This document shows, piece after piece, positions 56,014 to 64,000 of a stretch of 64,000 nt of DNA. Every line of letters begins with the position of its first letter. Position 1 is the stretch's first letter. This stretch comes from the human T2T-CHM13v2.0 reference genome, Homo sapiens. The translations under genes and the position numbers were made by a program. The stretch lies in NCBI RefSeq assembly GCF_009914755.1, contig NC_060926.1; one strand, 5' to 3'. Under the pieces are notes generated by a model. The model was not told the origin of the DNA. It ran no database searches and saw only the letters and a program-made list of their open reading frames with translations.

Positions 56014-56568
56014 CTAATTAAGTCTCCCCCAGCCAAATGAATGGACTTTCTCCTCAACCAGGGCTCTTTTAAAATTTAACCCGAGAGACTGTTTCAGGCC
56101 ATAACAAGAAGTGGAGTTTGACATGCCTTATTTTACCTCTCCTGCCTTAACATCAACAAGACTTTAAGTCTGATAAGACTCATTTTACAACCTGTTCTAC
56201 TTCCTGAAGGTTTTTCTGCAAATAAAAACTTGGGTCTCTACAATCCTTCATCTAAACCCAGACATCCCTTTCTACTGCTCCCAGGTCTTTAGATAAACTC
56301 AACCAATTGTCAACTAAAAAGTTTTAAATCAACCTATAAGCTGGAAGCCCCCACTTCAGGTTGTCCTGCCTTTCTGGACCAAACCAATGCATTTCTTAAA
56401 TGTATTTGATTGAAGTCTCATATCTTCCTAAAATGTATAAAACCAAGCTGCTTTGAGCACATGTTCCCAGGACCTCCTAAGGAGTGTGTCATGGGCCATG
56501 GTCACTCATATTTGGCTCAAAATAAATCTCTTCAAATATTTTACAGAGTTTGACTTTATTTGCTGACA
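56014..56568 (+). mobile_element. MER4-type (MER4B/D-like) LTR, apparently lacking its 5' end
   Basis: ctggaccaaaccaatg...aaaatgtataaaaccaagctg...ggtcactcatatttggctcaaaataaatctcttcaaatattttacagagtttgac...gaca. Confidence 0.8.
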
Positions 56569-57689
56569 TTACTACATGTTAATTATACTTAATTACATTA
56601 GTTTTCTAAGGCAAAGGAAAAATATACATTCAAAATTTATACTTTTGTTTCTCAAAACTTGGGTTACCAATTTTATTCATAAACATAATAACTCAAAAAT
56701 AAAGTCATCTCATGTTTAAAAGCATTAGTGTAAAATGGAAAAATAGTGCAAAATGTATAGTCATAAAGTTGATTAAACACATATAACCATTTCAAAATGA
56801 CTTGCTTTGAGGCAGAGTGATATGAATGTTCCATTTTTATTTTGTTTTTTCTAAAAATGCATTGTTAGCAAAAGCCAAAATTTGTAAGTATTTTCCTTTA
56901 AGCTACTTTCAGTATCTCTCATTTGATTGTTGTCATAAACATATATATAATTTATGTAATGTGTTGCTACATGTTATCAAAACAGTCTTATATGTATCAG
57001 CTGCCTTCCAGGATCAAAGGAATGTCACATTACATATCCAACAATACCTGGCCAATTGCTTTATGTCACTGCATATATTGGACTGCATCAATCTGAATGG
57101 ACATGAACTGATTCAGAATCAGAGTGGCACAGTATAAAAGGCACCAGGCTAATATTGAAGAAACTTGTGTTCTAACCTTGATTCTGCCTCTATAGAAACT
57201 TGGATGAGTGACTTCACTTCCCTGGACTCCAATTTTCTCATTCACTGAACAAACATTTGAGACCTGCTTTGTGTCCAAAGCTGATTTTTGAGTTAGGAAT
57301 AGACACATAGAAGTCATAGTCTGTAACATGATTACAGATAACAGTTGAGTGGAGAAACATAACTATATGAACTATGATGCAGTAATATGGCAAATACCAT
57401 GATGAAGAAAAAGAAGGCAGGTAAAAACATAAGCTGCTAGATCATTCCCTCAATCCAGGCTTGGTGAAGCCACAGAATTGAGAGACTGACTGAACAACAT
57501 CTCAGGTTTTACCACAAAATCCCTTGTACTATTGGAAGACAGAGTATTTTTATGTGTAAGGAAAATTACAGCCTAGAGTGGGTGAAGGCCAGATGCCACA
57601 GATGTGCTACATGCTGGGAGAGAGCAGTTCTTATTGTCCTGATAAATCACAGTCTTTCTTATCACCCATGTGATTTCTTATCTTATCAC

Positions 57690-58230
57690 CCATCCCATTA
57701 CTGGGTATATACCCAAAGGACTATAAATCATGCTGCTATAAAGACACACGCACACGTATGTTTATTGCGGCACTATTTACAATAGCAAAGACTTGGAACC
57801 AACCCGAATGTCCAACAATGATAGACTGGATTAAGAAAATGTGGCACATATACACCATGGAATACTATGCAGCCATAAAAAATGATGAGTTCATGTCCTT
57901 TGTAGGGACATGGATGAAATTGGAAATCATCATTCTCAGTAAACTATCGCAAGAACAAAAAACCAAACACCACATATTCTCACTCATAGGTGGGAATTGA
58001 ACAATGAGAACACATGGACACAGGAAGGGGAACATCACAATCTGGGGACTGTTGTGGGGTGGGGGGAGGAGGGAGGGATAGCTTTAGGAGATATACCTAA
58101 TGCTAAATGACAAGTTAATGGGTGCAGCACACCAGCATGGCACATGTATACATATGTAACTAACCTGCACATTGTGCACATGTACCCTAAACCTTAAAGT
58201 ATAATAATAATAATAATAATAAAGAAAAAA
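57690..58230 (+). mobile_element. Young 5'-truncated L1PA (L1PA3-like) 3' end
   Basis: Encodes the ORF2 C-terminus MFIAALFTIAKTWNQP...HIFSLIGGN. 3'UTR has the G-rich tract, gctaaatgacaagttaatgggtgcagc and a (taa)n tail. Confidence 0.95.
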
Positions 58231-60889
58231 GGAAATCACAAAACAAACAAACAAAAAACAAAAAAATAAAAATAAAAATGTCATGGAAACTAAAAGAAAA
58301 TCAAGGGGAAAATGTTTAAGGAGTACAAAGGGGAAGTAAAAGCTATAATGAAATATAAGGGTGGTTGGACGGACCAGGGATTCTGTTACTGCACCATGAA
58401 TTGAAGAATGTGATTATCTCAATCCTGTTAGACTGCTGACTCAGTCAGAGGTTTTAGGGTAGCACAGAAAAGCACATCAACCTAGATAAGGAGAAAGAGA
58501 TGGTTTGCATCTTCATGCCTCTCAGTCTACTCTATATCATTCTATTACCTATAGACCCTGGACAATCCTATATAATAAAGATGCTGTGTATGGAGTCTCT
58601 GCATTTTCCTTCATTTATAACATGTAAACATTCTTTAAAATGCTGAAAATTGACATAATTTTCAGAAATGGAGAGATTAGAGATGGAGTGACATCAGTAC
58701 CCATTGTGTTTCCATGTGTCCAGCAAATTCACAATGGTATTAAAGCCTGGAAAATATGAGGGATATGATTTATGCCACTAATTTGTTGATCACAAAAACG
58801 TTGGTTCCTAATATCTACATCCAGGTAGCCAAGATGGATCACAGAAAATGTGATTTTACCTGTCTCTATAGTTCTGCAGCCTTGTTGCAGGATGAATTGG
58901 ACATATTTATCCTGAGGATTGGTGAGGAGTTTCTTTTGTCTTGGTTAAGGTCAGTAGTAGTGGACTCAGGTTACAGCATCTAAACAGAGTGGATTGTGGT
59001 AAATTGAGGGAAAGGTATGTTCATCTTTAATCTTTAACTAATCTTCACTGTTCCTGACACTGAACTGTCAGGTTTAAACAGACTCTAATCAATAACCTAT
59101 CATTCAGGGGACAAATCCCAAAGTAGTATGCATAGTCCCATACATACTACTAACTCCTAAGCTCTGAGTTAATGTCTTCAGAAGCTCTGAAATCAATTGT
59201 TGAGATTATATCTAGCAAGTTTGTGATATCAAGCACGTGTTCTCCCACAGAAGAACAGCAGATTTCGGACTCTGCTTTCTGTGTTTTCCCTAAGTGGTCT
59301 TATATCATCTTATCTTTCATTCTTTATCAACAGTTCTTTATCTTGACCCTTCCCCACTCACGAGTGGATGAGAAAAGCAAAGATTTTATGTTTTGAAAAC
59401 ATGTCAGTAGAACATATACCTGCCGTGGAAGGCCTTTTGTGGATGTGACAGGTTGTTTTAGACACTTTAATATTTTTTTCTTTTTGCACTTTAAATCTCC
59501 ATCTCATCCTGTCTAGCAGAGTAGATCAAATATAATGAACAAGATTATACAAAAGTTACCTGAAGTCTAAGCAAGTGTAGGAGATTACATTCTGTGGTTT
59601 CTAGTTTGGCAAGAAAAAAATGGGTGCTTTATGCTAGGGACTTGCCATTCTTGGTGAAGCCTTAACAAAAAAATCATAAATGCCTATGATGTTTATTTTA
59701 GCAGATACTATTTAACGAATTCCTAGCAAGTTTCATTTACTTTGTTTAAAATGCTGCAAATTGTTCTCCTAATCTTTATAACAGTTCTGAAACATGGAGG
59801 TCGTTTTGTTCATTTCGCAGGTGAGAAACCAATGACTCAAGGAAGATACCTAATTTGTAGTAGGTAGGTATATCGTCTTTATTAAAGAAGAAAAAAAGTT
59901 TCAACATCTATAAAGGAAATATGTATACTCCTGTACAATAAATGCAAAGAATGATACTGCCAGGAAAGCTAGAATAATTTTTTATCTACTTTCTCCCTTA
60001 TTTTCTTTCTGGTTATATTTTTGCCTCTCTTCAGAAATGCTATACATTTAGATGGTGTGCTGTTGATTTGTATGTTCTCCTCATTAGTTTCCTACAGGCA
60101 CTTGGCTGTCTGCAGATGTCAGGCCCCCAGGCTGTAAAATTCACTAAGCAGATTGCTTTGAAATATTCTCCCTCCAAAGGCCCTTGTTTAACTTGTGTAA
60201 ATCTGTTCTGAGTTGCTATCCTAAGTTGACTTAATGTGACTCATGTGTTTTTGCATGGCAGTTTTGTTCAGTGAGTGAGGAAGAATAGTTTTCTACAGTC
60301 CCCAAACTCTCTCTCTCCCTATTCTGCACATGTTCTATCTTGAGCTGGTTTGCAGACATGAATAACCAGCAGTGTTGACAATCTGTGTATCCCCACTTGA
60401 GTGCCACCATATTGGCTGCATAACATAAAGAGATTGTGTTTTTCATGCCAAATAAGAGAATTGTTGAGTAATAGAAATTTTATTCACTGCAAGCCTCTCA
60501 CAGGTTCTGCATATTATTCAAATATGTGCATTTACACTATTTTCTGTCCTGTTTTTTCCCTCTTACACACTGCCATCACTTCTGCCTATTTTGCATTTTT
60601 AAATTTTTTGCCCAAAGACAGAAGCAGGCATTACTGTGAGGATGGAAAAGTTCATTTTCTGTGTATGCTATTTTGCTTTGCATTATCCCAATTACATAAT
60701 GCATTTCAAGATCCATAACTTTCTTCTCCAAATTCCCCATAGCAACTTTGCTCTGAGTCTTACTCAGTTGAGACATCTGCTCCCTGTTAATACAGTGAGG
60801 ACATAATCATTAAAGAGCTTAGATTTGAGGTTTTTGTTAGTAAAAGCCATGCCTCTTTTGCGTTGTCTTCACAGAATTTAGTACATCCA

Positions 60890-61100
60890 CTCACTCCATG
60901 GTCATGTAATGAGCATCTACTATGTGCCACACATGGTAGCAAGTGAGACATAAGCACAAATAGATAGATAGTCTCTATATTCAAAGAGCAGACAGTCTGA
61001 TGGGAGAGATGGTCAAGTAGGCAGACAAATTTAAGGCAGCGTGACAAACACTTCAAAGTAGGTAAGTACAAAGGAATGGAGTATCACAAAGCAGGAAGCT
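60890..61100 (-). mobile_element. L2 fragment
   Basis: gagcatctactatgtgcca...atagtctctatattcaaagagcagacagtctgatgggagag. Confidence 0.6.
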
Positions 61101-61151
61101 CTCAACTATGTTGTGTTTAAGAGTTTATCCAGATAGGATTTCTTTCACAAG

Positions 61152-61152
<1 letters not shown>

Positions 61153-61185
<33 letters not shown>
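61153..61185. repeat. (TG)n microsatellite
   Basis: Seen directly. Confidence 0.98.
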
Positions 61186-61187
<2 letters not shown>

Positions 61188-62959
61188 CAATATAAACATT
61201 TTATACTCTTTCATAAATGTACCATAATTGATGGTGTACATGAATTTGCAAACACATTGGCAAACATTGAGTCATCTGACTAAAGGGCAATATAAATAAG
61301 AACTGCCACGTAATGGCACTATAATTTTCTTTGGGGGGGGTTGCTGTTTTCAGTCAAAATAAAAATGAGTTATCGCTTAAAGTGGAAACATTTAAAATCG
61401 AATATATTGTCAGGGTATCTGACCACTAATAATTTAATGTATCCCAATGTCAAAAATACTCAAAAATATCCAATTTCCTTTTGTACACATTGAGTTCTCT
61501 TAGCACTTATAAGTATATATATATTTTCCACTAACAGTGTGAAATTGATCTTTTCATAGATTTAATAATTCAGTCTATTTAATAGGTTGAGTTTTTTTGG
61601 CATCTTGAAAATATATAATTTTGTGGCATACTATTCTTTGTTTGTTGCAGGCTTGTGGCAAAAAGAATCAGAAGCTGACTGGACACCTAACATGATTATT
61701 TGTTATGCTACACAGATGACAGATACTGCCAATGATGACAAATGCTTCCTTGCTATATTAATAGAGACAGTCATGATTGGAATGGAGATCATGGCTGAGG
61801 ACTGAAGTCATCAAAGGGCCATAGACAGCATAGTGAACTCAGTGGAATCAGAAGAATTTGTATCTTAGCAACAAGTCACATATTTGTATTTCAGGCCTCT
61901 TTTTGGTTTCTGACGTATGACATCACTATGATATTAAAGTAAAATAGTTAATAGAATTTTGTAGTTTTTAGTTGTTTATATTTAAAGTGTTGCTGTTATA
62001 CTATTTTAACAATTGAATAAGACGTAAATATTAATGATCTAAACGTTTTTGTTTATACATATTTAAAGAACATTATAATTAAATAGTAAATCAGTGAGCG
62101 GTACTTGTGATGATTATTTTTAATTATCCATTGAATACTTGAGTTTGGAAAACTGTAATAGAAAATGGGGAGCCACTGTTGGCTACTTCATTAGAGAGGC
62201 TATCAAAGCATAGTGGAAAACAGCCTTGATTATGTCCAAGACCTAGTTCACATCTTTGCTGTCTGAGTTCTTATGTGACTCTGAGTTATTAATTTGCTTC
62301 CACATGTTGAAAATGGAGATAATTATATCTCAATGTGGCAAAATTCAGTGAGATTATAATGTATTAAGTATCCCATATGCTACTTAAACTTAGTAATGTT
62401 AACTTCTCCTTTTATATCCCTGAATTTTCATTTTATTTTCTATAAAATGGAAACCTTAATACACACCTGACAAAGCTGTCGTAAGTGTGATGAAATATGG
62501 TAGAATCATGTTCTTGTTAAGAAGGGATAAAAAATGGCTCCAGCTGCTCCTTTCCTATGAGAAGAGACAAAATGGTGATTTTTTCCATTATGGAACAAGT
62601 ATCACTAGAGTGACTTCTTAGTATTATCCCTGTAAGATAAGTAGGCATGCATTTTCCTAGGGAAGAGGTATATAAACAAGAACTTTTTATGAGAGTTTAG
62701 GTGTCTGTGTGGGTGAGACCTTTAAAAGGCTCTCCACCCTAACACATGTTGGTAAGCGAGATTCTGAAAAGGGGTGAACTAATTTTCATAATCACCTCAG
62801 CAACCTATTGAAAGGAAGAAAATCTAGACACAAAAACTTTCTTCCGAAGCGTCAAATTTAGGGAAACTCGGCAAAGTGGACTAGGATCAGCTTTGATCAA
62901 CTCTGATGAAGAAGGATGAAAAAATTATGATGAAGCAAGAAAGATTATTATATTGACAA

Positions 62960-63225
62960 TAGTAGCTACCATTTGTTGAAAAGTTCTATGAGTCAGATAT
63001 ATTTCTACATGCTTTGTATGCATTAAATTTATTTATTACCCATAACAGCCTTGTGCTACATGCATTTTTTATGTCTATATGTCTATTATAGAGGAGAATA
63101 TTAAGGCACAAAGAAAGTTAGGTAACTTCTTCAAAGACACACAGCTGATAGTTTACAGAGATGTTTGAACCCAGACAAATTGGCTTCGGAGTCTATCTTG
63201 CTAACCACTTTGTAGGACTGCCTCT
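62960..63225 (-). mobile_element. MIR
   Basis: aatagtagctaccatttgttga...gaggagaatattaaggcacaaagaaagttaggtaactt...tttgaacccagac. Confidence 0.7.
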
Positions 63226-63619
63226 TTTCCATGGTGCCACATGGTTAGATTTTATCTAAGTGGGCAAGGAGTTAGGGTGGTACTTGATCCTGAATGTGAT
63301 GAATTATGAACAATGTCCTAATAGTGCAGAAAGGATGTGTGGACACAGGAAACCACATTATTCACCAGAGGACTTTTCTTGTGTTGAAGTCAATTTCTCA
63401 GTCCATGAAACAGGCCCTGGACTTGTTTTCAAATTGATGAAATAGGGGTCAACAGCAATAGCTTCTCGGATATCCTACATACTAATAGGCACACAGAAAT
63501 TTTTAAACTTACTGGATGGGAGGCAATGTAGTTGGAGAAGGTAGGATGAACCTGTGGTAACTGAAGCATGTGAAGGCGTAAGCATGGTAGTTTGGTTATC
63601 TAGGGACACAAGAATATTA

Positions 63620-63955
<336 letters not shown>

Positions 63956-64000
63956 TCAAACATCTAATTTATACAAATAACATCATTTTGCAAACCACAT

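Noticed and set aside
57758-58000. 80-aa ORF with a recognisable protein motif
   Set aside because: It is only the C-terminus of L1 ORF2 in a 5'-truncated copy.
61632-61920. Possible exon after a good acceptor (tattctttgtttgttgcag at 61632-61650) overlapping a 72-aa ORF
   Set aside because: No convincing downstream donor and no recognisable protein similarity. Only RNA-seq could support a non-coding exon.

Overview
This is AT-rich primate (human-like) nuclear DNA, intergenic or deep intronic, and dense in transposable elements. I see no credible host protein-coding exon, and the supplied ORFs are short by-products of repeats or random sequence. The main contents are as follows. (1) A ~1.55 kb NUMT (nuclear copy of mitochondrial DNA) at ~2110-3665 covering the 3' part of CYTB, tRNA-Thr, tRNA-Pro and the control region to CSB3. 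(2) Two structurally complete but non-coding ERV1/MER4-group proviruses: a MER61-like one at 4937-9930 and an LTR24-like one at 30344-36739, each with a PBS, a PPT and a 4-bp TSD. (3) Many solo LTRs, Alus, L1/L2/MIR fragments, DNA transposons and microsatellites. The most unusual signals are structural: a ~92-bp local sequence re-inserted 1.35 kb away with a poly(T) tract and a 10-bp TSD (43677-43801), a patchwork rearrangement at ~52.6-56.6 kb, and a 16-bp-periodic array with a distant inverted end (40571-41098). Repeat family names come from recalled consensus sequences and need Dfam/RepeatMasker confirmation. I cannot support a claim of a new protein-based system here.
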